DNA from: Armatimonadota bacterium
Lineage (GTDB): Bacteria > Armatimonadota > UBA5829 > DSUL01
Assembly: GCA_039811685.1 (NCBI GenBank)
Contig: JBDHZC010000003.1
Location: 224,001-288,000, forward strand
Reading direction: 5' to 3'
Length of the DNA: 64,000 bases
The translations under genes were made by a program, and so were the position numbers. Of the stretch, positions 9,297-18,711 are shown in pieces. Below the pieces are notes generated by a model that saw only the letters and a list, made by a program, of their open reading frames with translations, was not told the DNA's origin and did not search any database. Positions within the stretch are counted from its first letter, which is position 1. Every line of letters starts with the position of its first letter.

Positions 9297-10727
9297 ATGC
9301 ATTTTGCTGACCCAGCAAGCGGAGCGCCGGAGGGCATTTCGGCTTCCGCGCAGTCCTTCTCCCGTCGAGACTTTCTGCGCCTTGGAGCTGGAGTCGCAGG
9401 CGCTCTGGCTCTCTCCCAGGGGCAAGTTGTGACCGCCGCTCCCCGCAAGCCCAACCTGGTTCTCATCTTCTCCGACCAGCAGCACTTCCAGGCGTTCGGA
9501 CTGATGGACTCGTCATTTGACACCCCGGCGATGAACGCTGTGGCCTCAGAAGGGACGGTCTTCGAAAACACGTTTTGTACGACACCACAATGCTCACCCA
9601 GCCGCTCGTCCATGATGACCGGGTTGTACCCGCACAAAACGGGCGTTATCGGGAATATCGGGGCGGCGGGCTTCGGTGAAATCGCGCAACTTGGCCTCAA
9701 GACAGTCGGTGTAGATCTCAAACGGGCCGGCTATCGCACGGCGTACTTTGGCAAGTGGCACCTCGGGGACGTCCCGACAGCCCGTGAGGGCTGGGATGAG
9801 ATATGGACGGTCCCCGGTGGTGATATTGACCCGGAAGTCACGCGCCGTGGCACTGCTTTTCTGGATAGCGTGCGAGACTCGCAACCTTTTGCGCTGGTGC
9901 TCTCATACGTCAATCCACACGACATCTATCACTTCGATCCGAATGTAGACAGCGGGCCGCGCGCCGCCATGCCTTCCACTTTTTACACGGAAACCTTCGC
10001 CGGGAAACCTGCCGTGCAGAAGCAGTTTATGACGGAGGATCAGGGTGAGCCGATCTGGTCAAAGCCAGAAGAAACGTGGGAGCGCTACAGGGGACTCTAC
10101 CGCGAAAAGACGCGGATGTACGATGAGCAGCTGGGGCAGGTGGTTTCCCGGCTGAAGGCGCGCGGTTTGTGGGAGAGCACTGTTCTGTTTGTCACCTCAG
10201 ACCACGGGGACATGGACGGCAACCACCGGCTCATTTTCAAAGGGCCTTTTATGTACGAACACATGGTGCGCGTGCCGCTGATTGCGCGCGTTCCGTCGGC
10301 CTTTGGCGGCCAGACGCGCCGTATTCGGGATGACGTGGTTCTTACCGACCTGGCCCCCACGCTGGCTGACTTCGCGGGTGTAACACGAGCGCCCTGTGAT
10401 GGATTTTCACTGAAGCCCGCTCTAACCGGCGCCGGTCCAGTGAGAGCTCGAGACTTCGTCATCAGCCAGTATTACGGCAAGCAGCGCTGGACAAACCCCA
10501 TCCGCATGATTCGCACGCCGCACTACAAGTACAACTTGTATCTTGACAACGGGGAAGAGCTCTACAATCTAAAAGACGACCCGCAGGAGTTGGTCAATCT
10601 GGCATCGGACTCTGGGTATCGCAAGACCTGCAAAGAGATGCGCGCGCAGTTGGAGCGCTGGATGCGGGAGAACTCAGACCCATTCCACCTCTACGGACTT
10701 ACGGACAGGGAAGGGGCGCCTGTTTAG
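9297..10727 (+). CDS. Tat-exported formylglycine-dependent sulfatase
   Basis: SRRDFL Tat motif; CSPSR active-site motif, GKWHLG, TSDHG, ELYNLKDDPQE; start uncertain (9222 or 9297). Confidence 0.92.
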   Translation: MHFADPASGAPEGISASAQSFSRRDFLRLGAGVAGALALSQGQVVTAAPRKPNLVLIFSDQQHFQAFGLMDSSFDTPAMNAVASEGTVFENTFCTTPQCSPSRSSMMTGLYPHKTGVIGNIGAAGFGEIAQLGLKTVGVDLKRAGYRTAYFGKWHLGDVPTAREGWDEIWTVPGGDIDPEVTRRGTAFLDSVRDSQPFALVLSYVNPHDIYHFDPNVDSGPRAAMPSTFYTETFAGKPAVQKQFMTEDQGEPIWSKPEETWERYRGLYREKTRMYDEQLGQVVSRLKARGLWESTVLFVTSDHGDMDGNHRLIFKGPFMYEHMVRVPLIARVPSAFGGQTRRIRDDVVLTDLAPTLADFAGVTRAPCDGFSLKPALTGAGPVRARDFVISQYYGKQRWTNPIRMIRTPHYKYNLYLDNGEELYNLKDDPQELVNLASDSGYRKTCKEMRAQLERWMRENSDPFHLYGLTDREGAPV

Positions 10728-10757
10728 CCACTGTCTGCTGCCTGCTGCTTTCGAAGT

Positions 10758-10786
10758 TTGACGGCAGACGGCTGGAGCGCTATACT
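10758..10786 (+). promoter_or_regulatory. sigma70-type promoter of the haem-binding protein gene
   Basis: TTGACG-N17-TATACT. Confidence 0.65.
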
Positions 10787-10861
10787 TGGGCGCTTGAAGC
10801 AGACGGATCTTTTCGCGCGTCTGTCATCGGCGCTGGCTGGTATCGACAGGAGATTGAGACA

Positions 10862-11311
10862 ATGAATCAGAAATCAAAGGCCAAAGTCGGGGTGGTCGTG
10901 GCGATCATTCTGTTCGTGATCATCCAGTTGATTCCCGTCGAGCGCACTAACCCTCCTGTCAGTGCCGAGATGCCCGCGCCACCGCATGTCCGGGAGATTC
11001 TCAAGCGCTCCTGCTACGACTGCCACTCCAACGAGACTGTCTGGCCGTGGTACAGCCGGGTCGCGCCCGCATCGTGGCTGGTGTCCAGAGACGTCACGGA
11101 AGGCCGCAAGGAGCTCAATGTCTCTGAATGGGATCGCTACAATGAGCGGCGGCGGGCCAAGAAGATGCGCGAGATCTGGAAAGAAGTTGACAAGGGTGAC
11201 ATGCCTCTCCGGATTTATCTGCCAATGCACCCCAACGCAAAGCTCACTGAAAAGGACAAACAAGCGCTGCACGAATGGGTCGTCGCCTCAGGCGCACAAG
11301 AAAAGCCGTAG
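10862..11311 (+). CDS. Haem-binding domain (monohaem c-type) protein
   Basis: N-terminal TM; CYDCHS haem motif; WPWYSRVAP; distal MP. Confidence 0.88.
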   Translation: MNQKSKAKVGVVVAIILFVIIQLIPVERTNPPVSAEMPAPPHVREILKRSCYDCHSNETVWPWYSRVAPASWLVSRDVTEGRKELNVSEWDRYNERRRAKKMREIWKEVDKGDMPLRIYLPMHPNAKLTEKDKQALHEWVVASGAQEKP

Positions 11312-11383
11312 CTTCGCGTGTCAACCTCTCCGGTCTTCTCTGGTCTGCGCGCGCAGCAAGCTAATCTCGGACGCTGATCCGTT

Positions 11384-12754
11384 CTAGATACGACCTTCGC
11401 GCTTTATCTGAAGATACTTGTTGAGCGTCGCTACTGTAGCTTCCGCAGGCGCGACGTCCAGTGTCAGAATACCTCTGGCTTCAAACTCGGCCAGAGCTCG
11501 CCGCCTGTCCGCCATCACGGACGCCGCCACGGTCTGCCTGTAGAGTTCGCGCTCAGTCTCCGGCCGTTTCTGCAAGATGTCTTTCAGCTCATAGTCTGAA
11601 ATGGCGACTACCAGAATCAGGTGGCGGGCGGTCAGGTAGTGCAGGTCCTGTAACAGCGATTCCGAGGAGACCGGATCTATCAGATCTGTCATGACAATGA
11701 AAAGTGAGCGCCTGCGCACAGTGTAGGCCAGACGAAGAAACACCGCGCGGTAGTTTGGTTCTTCTGCGCCCGCTTCAAGAGGTGTGAGAGCCTGCATAAT
11801 TCTGTCAAAACAGCCCGGCCCTTTCCCCGGCGGGACAAGCGTCTGCATCTCCTGGCCGAAGGCCGCAAGACCTACCTGATCGCGCGCCTGAGTCGCCACC
11901 CACGCAAGCAACACACTGGTGTTGATGGCGTAATCCGCCTTGGTCATGGGAATCATCTTCGGACCTTCGATCACCTGTCGCGCCATCGTCCGTCCCAGGT
12001 CAAGCGTAAGGATAATATTCTGACTGCGCTCGAACTCATACTCGCGAGCAATCAACTTGCGTCTGCGGGCGGTGGCTTTCCACTCCACGTTGCGCATTCC
12101 ATCGCCGGGCATCCAGTCTCGCAGGGAATTGAACTCAAGTCCCGTTCCGCGCAATCGGCTGAGGTGGACGCCCATCAAGTTGAGCCGGTTCTCTCTCGCC
12201 AGCAAAGCGTGCTCGCGCGTTGTGGTGACGTTTGGCAGCACGCGCACTGACTGCGCTGCGGGTTGCGCCCATTGCCGGCAGATTAGCCCAATCTGGCTGG
12301 ACATCCGAATCGAGACAGGACCAAAAGTATATTCACCGCGCTTGGCTGGTCGTACATTGTAAACCAACTCTGCGCTGAGACCCGGGAGGGCGAGTGCGCT
12401 TCTTCCGGCATGGGACGCAAAAAGCTCTTCCGGCGGGCTGTCTTTCACGGCGGCAAAAAGTGGCGTCGCGTTGGGATTGTGCAGGCGAATGCAGATATCG
12501 GCAGGCTCTGCAAGAGACATAACCTCGGACGCATCCCGCTCAACATCCAGCCGCTCGCTCCGGTGCAACAGCGCCAGTTCGTAAGCAGCGAGCAGGACCA
12601 CGGCCGTCATCCACACAGCGTTTAGCAGAACCAGCGGCTTTCCAGCTACCGGAGCAAGTGCCAGAGTGCCGGCGCCAATCGCAATCGCAAGGGCAAGCCG
12701 GGGAGTGGGCAGATAGACAGATCGGCCGGCCTTTCTATCCGCTACTGCTTTCAC
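11384..12754 (-). CDS. DUF58 (vWA-like) protein
   Basis: GLEFNSLRDWMPGD..RNVEWKATARR, LDLGRTM; follows MoxR. Confidence 0.9.
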   Translation of the reverse strand: MKAVADRKAGRSVYLPTPRLALAIAIGAGTLALAPVAGKPLVLLNAVWMTAVVLLAAYELALLHRSERLDVERDASEVMSLAEPADICIRLHNPNATPLFAAVKDSPPEELFASHAGRSALALPGLSAELVYNVRPAKRGEYTFGPVSIRMSSQIGLICRQWAQPAAQSVRVLPNVTTTREHALLARENRLNLMGVHLSRLRGTGLEFNSLRDWMPGDGMRNVEWKATARRRKLIAREYEFERSQNIILTLDLGRTMARQVIEGPKMIPMTKADYAINTSVLLAWVATQARDQVGLAAFGQEMQTLVPPGKGPGCFDRIMQALTPLEAGAEEPNYRAVFLRLAYTVRRRSLFIVMTDLIDPVSSESLLQDLHYLTARHLILVVAISDYELKDILQKRPETERELYRQTVAASVMADRRRALAEFEARGILTLDVAPAEATVATLNKYLQIKREGRI

Positions 12755-13698
12755 CGGGGTACCGGCACGTCCGACAGTATCTGATCTACCACAGCATCCG
12801 TGTTCAGTCCCTCGATCATGGCGTCCGGGCGAAGGAGAAGGCGGTGACGGAGAACCGGATGCGCCACCTGTTGCACGTCGTCCGGAAGTAGATAGTCACG
12901 ACCTTCAAGCGCGGCACAGGTCTTGGCCGTCATCAGCGCCGCGACGCCAGCGCGCGGACTGGCGCCAAGAGAAAGAAGCGACGACTCACGGGTGGCGCGC
13001 ACGATATCTGCTACGTATTTCAGCAGTGACTCCTGCGCTGTCACCTTTCTGCACTCTTCGCGCACCGAATGTAAGAGCTCCGGCTGCGCGATCTGCTGGA
13101 TTCCGCTGGCCTGAAGCCGGTGTGGATCGAAGCCTTCATGGGCGCGCGTCAAGACGCCAATCTCTTCTGCCTCCGCCGGATAGCCGACCGCAATCTTCAT
13201 CATAAACCGGTCGAGTTGCGCTTCCGGAAGTGGGTACGTCCCTTCGTACTCAATTGGGTTTTGTGTCGCTGTGACGAAGAAATACTCGGGCAGGCTCTGA
13301 GTGTCGCCATCAATTGTGACTGTGCGCTCCTCCATCGCTTCCAGAAGCGCGGCCTGCGTCTTGGCTGGCGTGCGGTTGATCTCATCGGCCAGCAGCACGT
13401 CCGTAAAGATCGGCCCCTTGCGCAGCGAAAACTGCGACGTCGCCATATCGAAGACATTGGTCCCCGTTACGTCGCTGGGCATCAGGTCCGGCGTAAACTG
13501 TATGCGCTTGAAACGCAAGCCCAGGACAGTCGCCAGCGTCTTTGCCAGGAGCGTTTTTGCGACACCGGGGACTCCTTCAAGCAGCGCATGGCCTCCTGAG
13601 AAAAAACAGATGAGCAGCTCAGTTACCGCCTTATCCTGCCCAACCACCGCCTGCGCAATCTGCGCTCGAATCTGATCTGCCAACTCCGCGGGCTTCAT
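12751..13698 (-). CDS. moxR: MoxR-family AAA+ ATPase
   Basis: GVPGVAKT Walker A, RIQFTPDLMPSD, LADEINR, NPIEYEGTYPLPEAQLDRF. Confidence 0.95.
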   Translation of the reverse strand: MKPAELADQIRAQIAQAVVGQDKAVTELLICFFSGGHALLEGVPGVAKTLLAKTLATVLGLRFKRIQFTPDLMPSDVTGTNVFDMATSQFSLRKGPIFTDVLLADEINRTPAKTQAALLEAMEERTVTIDGDTQSLPEYFFVTATQNPIEYEGTYPLPEAQLDRFMMKIAVGYPAEAEEIGVLTRAHEGFDPHRLQASGIQQIAQPELLHSVREECRKVTAQESLLKYVADIVRATRESSLLSLGASPRAGVAALMTAKTCAALEGRDYLLPDDVQQVAHPVLRHRLLLRPDAMIEGLNTDAVVDQILSDVPVPR

Positions 13699-14915
13699 CG
13701 CTGTTGTTTCGCTCCTCTCAAATAGTCAACCGTGTCACGCCACTGCTGCGCCAGATGCAGAGTATCGCTGTTTTCATCTCCCGTGTCCGCTCGTCTGGCT
13801 GCTTCTACCAGCTCTCTGATCTGCCGGCCATCTGCGCCGCGCCGGGCTGCTCGCTCAGCCAGAGTCTGGGCACTGGCAGACGGCGCCAGACCGATCTCAT
13901 GCGCCAGATCCTGAACAAACCGATCCCCGAGCGTCCTACGGGCCAGGGCGTTGGCTCTTGCACGTTCCAGCAGTAGCGCAAGCGCCGTCACGTATTCTGT
14001 CCTTTCTCGTGGTTTTCGCTGCGGACGTCGAATCTGTCCGAAGCGCGTCGCCCGGAAGATCAACCACAGTCCGAGTGCCAGAGTCGCCTGCCAGACGCCC
14101 AGCCACGTAAACCTGTTAAACAGCGGCTCCTGGCTGACGTCGTGGTAGCCGTGGTGAAACTCATCAAAGATTATCGCCCTGTGAGTCTGGGGCGGACCGA
14201 TGATATTCAGCAGAAAACGGATGTTGTCTCCGGCCCCCAGCCATTTGTTGCCCATCACAGAGGGAACGGACAGAGTGTAGATAGTTCCTCGACCCATCCG
14301 CGACATTCCCACTGCCATTCCACTGCTGTCTCCCAAAAGCTGGACGATTGGCGTTTCTGTCTTCTTGTCTTTCACCCACTCGCGCCTTAGAACATTCCAC
14401 GTGCGCCCCACAATTCGTGACTCGCCCGGCGACGACAGTGTGCGGACGCCGAAAAGCCGCGGGGACGGCAGGGTAGGGTGGAGTGACAGACTCCGGTCTT
14501 GGAAGCCAGTAGCTCTGTCCATGTTCGCATCACTGGTGGGGGGACTTGCGGCTTCCTCGGAAGCAAAGACATCAGCAGCCAGCACAAGCGTGTTGCCGCT
14601 GGAAACCCATCGCCGCAAAGCTGTCAGCTCCTTCTGGCTCAATGCTTCGTCCGGCTGCACTATGAACAGCGTTCCGGCGTTTGATAGGTGGGTCAGAGGT
14701 TTGCGAAAGCGCTGCGTCCTGTACCCTGCCTGGGTCAATCCGCGGTACAGCGCCTTCAACCCGCGCGTCCGCGCGGAGTAACTTGAAGAGCTCATAGAGA
14801 GTAGAGTGTCGCGCTGCCTGGGAGAGGACGCCAGGCTGAGGAGAATGGCCAGCAACACCGTAACCGTCAGCATCACTCCTACGACGACGATGTCTTTGCG
14901 ATTCACCGCAGTCAC
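13695..14915 (-). CDS. DUF4350-domain membrane protein
   Basis: SYS...GLKAL, IFDEFHHG, TM then RFG; position in the MoxR operon. Confidence 0.8.
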   Translation of the reverse strand: MTAVNRKDIVVVGVMLTVTVLLAILLSLASSPRQRDTLLSMSSSSYSARTRGLKALYRGLTQAGYRTQRFRKPLTHLSNAGTLFIVQPDEALSQKELTALRRWVSSGNTLVLAADVFASEEAASPPTSDANMDRATGFQDRSLSLHPTLPSPRLFGVRTLSSPGESRIVGRTWNVLRREWVKDKKTETPIVQLLGDSSGMAVGMSRMGRGTIYTLSVPSVMGNKWLGAGDNIRFLLNIIGPPQTHRAIIFDEFHHGYHDVSQEPLFNRFTWLGVWQATLALGLWLIFRATRFGQIRRPQRKPRERTEYVTALALLLERARANALARRTLGDRFVQDLAHEIGLAPSASAQTLAERAARRGADGRQIRELVEAARRADTGDENSDTLHLAQQWRDTVDYLRGAKQQR

Positions 14916-15874
14916 AGGACTCGAAGCACCTGCTGGTAATGACCGAACATGCTGGCGCAGTCATCGGACGTGGCAGTCTCGATGTGGTAGAAACGGTCGT
15001 CAAAGAGATCAGTCGCCTCCCGCATGGCCTGCTTCAGATCTGGGCGCTGCAAGCGGCGGAGCACTTCGCGATTGGTCATCCCAGGCTCCATCCGGACAGC
15101 GCCAGCCTCGTGCAGACGAAGGAGCGTCGCCCGGTACAGAAGGCGCAGCGCCTGCAGGAACTCACCTCTCTTTTGCAGATCACGGGCCCTGTCCAGAGCG
15201 TCTTCGGGAATCTCAGGCTCATCAGACAGATGCTCACCAGGCTTTGCTGAAGCTCTCCGGCGCAATAGTCCATTTCGGAATATCGCGATCCACGCCAGCG
15301 CCATCAGAAGGACAGCCACCGCCGCAGTTACAACCCAGGACAATGCCTGTATCGCCGCGCCTGTGCCCGCGCCTCCCCGCCCAAGAAGACCGGAGAGCCA
15401 GCGCATCATCCCTTCCACTGCCTGCCGCAAGAACTCCAGAAACTCCGGCGAGCGGTACTCTGAACGTTCCAGTTCCTTGCGCAGAGCCTGATCCGCTCTC
15501 TGCTCGGAAGGGGCTGCCGGTTCATCAAGCGCATCCGCGGCGGTCTGCAGCCTTTCGGCAACATTCTTCAGAGTCTCAGAGTCCACGGAACCGGATTTGG
15601 GCTTCAGGAGACGCACATCTGTCTGGTCGAACAGTGGCGCGCTTTCAACGCCCCAAGATTCCATCTGCACGAAGTAAGGTCGGGTGAGTGGCTCCAGAGC
15701 GTTTGCCGCTGCGGAGAGATCATTGCCTGCGCGCGCGCTTGCCTGAAGGCGTGCCTGTGCCGTGTGGATAAGGCCGCGGTACTGCTCGAGTGTAATTGCC
15801 GGAGACTTCGCCTGGATAGTTGAGCCAAGCGCCAGTGCCAGACACGCCGTAGCTACCGCCGGAAAGGGTCTCAT
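14912..15874 (-). CDS. DUF4129-domain membrane protein
   Basis: Signal peptide, TM, ALRLLYRATL..L, TNREVL, FDDRFY. Confidence 0.8.
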   Translation of the reverse strand: MRPFPAVATACLALALGSTIQAKSPAITLEQYRGLIHTAQARLQASARAGNDLSAAANALEPLTRPYFVQMESWGVESAPLFDQTDVRLLKPKSGSVDSETLKNVAERLQTAADALDEPAAPSEQRADQALRKELERSEYRSPEFLEFLRQAVEGMMRWLSGLLGRGGAGTGAAIQALSWVVTAAVAVLLMALAWIAIFRNGLLRRRASAKPGEHLSDEPEIPEDALDRARDLQKRGEFLQALRLLYRATLLRLHEAGAVRMEPGMTNREVLRRLQRPDLKQAMREATDLFDDRFYHIETATSDDCASMFGHYQQVLRVL

Positions 15875-16815
15875 GTGGGAGGGACGGCTACGGCTTGTTG
15901 TTCGGAGCTCTGTGTTTGCCCCATCGCCTGCGCCAGAAGCTCCAGATCAAAGCCTTCGCTGCGCACACGCGCATCAAAATACAGCAGCACGGTCGGCACG
16001 CGGCCTATCGGCTCGGCAAAGCCGGCCAGGAGCCCGTAGGCCAGGCCGTAGATGCCGGCCAGCAGGAGGTTCGACGCCATGAGCTCGTTGGCCAGAGATA
16101 TGGGAGCTGTCAGGATAGACTGGATGATTCCAGCCAGAATAAGAACGACCAGAATTGTCCAGAAGCGCGTCCGCGCCAGTATCCACGCGCGTCGCGCTGC
16201 TTTGAAATACCAGACTTTCTCGATGATACATGTGGATGGGAGCATGGCAATCCACACCAGGCCTGCCAGCCACAGAACCGCCAGTACGACAAGGAATGGC
16301 GCCACGCCAATAACAAGAGCGACGATGGCGCCCGTGGATTGGGTGGCCAGCGCTACTGCAAGAACAGTAGCCAGCGCAGCCATCACCCCCAGATAAACAG
16401 CCATTGCCACCAACCCAATCGCCGCGAAGGTTCTTGCCAGTGGCCAGAACAGCTTGATCACAGCTTTGAATGCGCTGCTGATAGTAACATTGCGCGCGAG
16501 GTAGCGCTCTGCAACCGCATAGGTGAGCACAGCGCTGGAGAAAAGAGAGGCTGGAATCACAAACAGCAGGACTAACACGCTGGATACACCGCTCGAGATT
16601 GACGTCTGCATCTGGCCTTGCGCCTGTCCCATGTCCGGAAGTGGAATGAACGTGGCGATTATTGACCCCAGCAAATACGCCAGCATGCTCGCTGGCACGA
16701 CGAGAACCGAAGAAATTCCGAAGAAGAGCAGGAAGTTGCTGCGGTAAAGGTAGATGCTTTCGTCAACAAGACTGGTCGCATTGAGCGGTCGAAGAATGGG
16801 TCTGCCGGGTTGCAT
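15871..16815 (-). CDS. Multi-pass membrane protein heading the MoxR operon
   Basis: LRPL...LVDESIYLYR N-terminus and LLYFDARVRSEGFDL C-terminus; about 6 TM. Confidence 0.75.
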   Translation of the reverse strand: MQPGRPILRPLNATSLVDESIYLYRSNFLLFFGISSVLVVPASMLAYLLGSIIATFIPLPDMGQAQGQMQTSISSGVSSVLVLLFVIPASLFSSAVLTYAVAERYLARNVTISSAFKAVIKLFWPLARTFAAIGLVAMAVYLGVMAALATVLAVALATQSTGAIVALVIGVAPFLVVLAVLWLAGLVWIAMLPSTCIIEKVWYFKAARRAWILARTRFWTILVVLILAGIIQSILTAPISLANELMASNLLLAGIYGLAYGLLAGFAEPIGRVPTVLLYFDARVRSEGFDLELLAQAMGQTQSSEQQAVAVPPT

Positions 16816-16982
16816 ATGTTTTTCTCGTCGGGCAGAACTGAGCCCGGGCACATCCGCATGTCTCAGATCCCAGGACACGGTCATTCTACCACCCGCGCCA
16901 CACAAACTACAACTGAAGCTTTAGTTTCGCTCTACACGTAAAGACAATCCGCGCGAAACACGGCTTACGGCTTCTGTTCCTC

Positions 16983-17012
16983 TTGACATCACAGAGGTCG
17001 CTGCGCAATAAT
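16983..17012 (+). promoter_or_regulatory. sigma70-type promoter of the efflux operon
   Basis: TTGACA-N18-AATAAT. Confidence 0.5.
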
Positions 17013-17059
17013 CAAGCGGGTGACGCCATGTCATACTTTTCATACGAATAGGAGCAATC

Positions 17060-17312
17060 ATGCCTTCTTGTGATTCGCTCGAAGATCAGTTCTTCGGTAC
17101 CGTGACGGTTGGGGAGCGAGGGCAGGTTGTCATTCCAGCGGAGGCGCCTAGGTATCAACACTGGAGACAAGCTGCTCGTTATGGCGCATCCACCGTCCAA
17201 TGGCGTCATCCTCTGTGGCGTCGAAGCCATGCGCGACTTTCTCAGCAAGTTCATGAAAGGGCTTGAACGAATGAGTGACACGGAGGCATCGGACCACGCC
17301 AGTGAACGATAG
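17060..17312 (+). pseudogene. AbrB/MazE/SpoVT-family regulator, frameshifted at about 17138-17145
   Basis: FFGTVTVGERGQVVIPAEA in one frame continues as RRRLGINTGDKLLV in another; SD AGGAG before the ATG. Confidence 0.8.
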
Positions 17313-18711
17313 CGTTTGTAAATTTCTCTCGACTCTCGCAGTGGCCTTTCTACTCACGGTGAGTGTGCCTGCGCTCTCAGCGGTCAACAACACGGATCTT
17401 CCGCAGGTTCCCAAACCCAGCGCGGAGCCGTCCAGCCCGCCACAGACTCTGGAAACAACGGAAGCCAATCCTCTTACGCTCAATCAGGCTGTCAATTTGG
17501 CTTTGGCTCACAATCCGGGTCTGTCAATCGCCAAGGAAGCCTACCGGCGCGCTGGAGGTGTGCTTGTCCAGGCCCGTGGCGCACGGCTGCCGAATCTCAG
17601 CATTAATGCCAGCTATCAAAGGTTTGATAAGGTTGAGACGGCTACTTTTGGGACGCCTCCAAATACGCAGAAAGTTGAGTTGGGGCAGATTGACTCCAAG
17701 CGCGCTACCGCCACTCTCGCACAGCCTGTCGACGTCTCGGGAGCGCTCGGAGCAGGCGTGAGTGCAGCGCACTACCAACAGCGGGCTGCGCTGTACGATT
17801 TCGAAACCAATCGTCAGCAGCTTCTTCTCGTTGTTCGCCAGAATTATTACGCATTGCTGCAGGCGCTTGAGCAGGAGCGCGTTGCAGGGGAGTCCGTGGC
17901 GCTCTACAAAGAGCAGCTTCGCCTGGCAAACGTGCGTCTGGAAGCGGGTTCCGCTCCGAAGTTTGACGTGCTTCGCGCACAGACTGATCTGGCCAATGCC
18001 GAGCAGACCTTGATAAGCGCGCAAAATGGCGTGCGGATTGCGGAGATTGCCCTGGCAAATACACTGGGCGTGCGTCTGGTTTTTCCTGTGCGTCTCCAGT
18101 CTCCAGATATCCAGCCGCGTACGTTGCCAGAAGTTGACCAGCTTATCAAGGAAGGAGAGTCCAGCCGTCCGGAAGCTGAAGCGAATGAGGCTTCGATCGA
18201 GGCCGCAAAAAAAGGCATCCACATTGCGCGAGCAGGTCTCTCGCCCTCTCTTCAGTTGGCCTTTCACTACAACTACAACGGGAACACAACACTCTTTCAG
18301 CCGCGGCAGTTCACCTCTGACCTGCTCCTCAGCGTTAGTATCCCCATTTTTGATGGAGGCGTCACAAGAGGCAGGATTGAGCAGGCCAAGGCCAACCTGG
18401 AAACAGCAAAGGCAAGCTACGATCAGACAGACCTCAATATCCGGCTGGACGTAGAGCAGGCGTATGTCAGCATTCAAAACGCTGAGAAGCGTCTTGCGAC
18501 AGCGCAGACAACTCAAGCGCAGGCGCAGGAAGCGCTGCGCCTCGCTCAGGTGCGCTATGAAGCGGGTGTCGGGACACCTGTTGAAATCACCGATGCTGAG
18601 GTCGCCTACACTCAAGCGCAGACCAACGTTGTCAATGCGCGCTACGATGTGCTTCTTGCCTATGCGCGCCTTGCCCGGGCCACCGGGGAGCCGTCTTACG
18701 CACTCGATTGA
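17302..18711 (+). CDS. TolC-family outer-membrane efflux protein
   Basis: Signal peptide; LTLNQAVNLALAHNP, duplicated helical repeats, SIPIFDGG, RYEAGVGT. Confidence 0.92.
   Translation: MNDSVCKFLSTLAVAFLLTVSVPALSAVNNTDLPQVPKPSAEPSSPPQTLETTEANPLTLNQAVNLALAHNPGLSIAKEAYRRAGGVLVQARGARLPNLSINASYQRFDKVETATFGTPPNTQKVELGQIDSKRATATLAQPVDVSGALGAGVSAAHYQQRAALYDFETNRQQLLLVVRQNYYALLQALEQERVAGESVALYKEQLRLANVRLEAGSAPKFDVLRAQTDLANAEQTLISAQNGVRIAEIALANTLGVRLVFPVRLQSPDIQPRTLPEVDQLIKEGESSRPEAEANEASIEAAKKGIHIARAGLSPSLQLAFHYNYNGNTTLFQPRQFTSDLLLSVSIPIFDGGVTRGRIEQAKANLETAKASYDQTDLNIRLDVEQAYVSIQNAEKRLATAQTTQAQAQEALRLAQVRYEAGVGTPVEITDAEVAYTQAQTNVVNARYDVLLAYARLARATGEPSYALD

Noticed and set aside
8495..9721. 408-aa minus-strand ORF, and similar long antisense ORFs at 17524-18615, 19511-20419 and 2860-3750
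   Set aside because: Antisense shadows of well-supported genes in GC-rich DNA; no motifs
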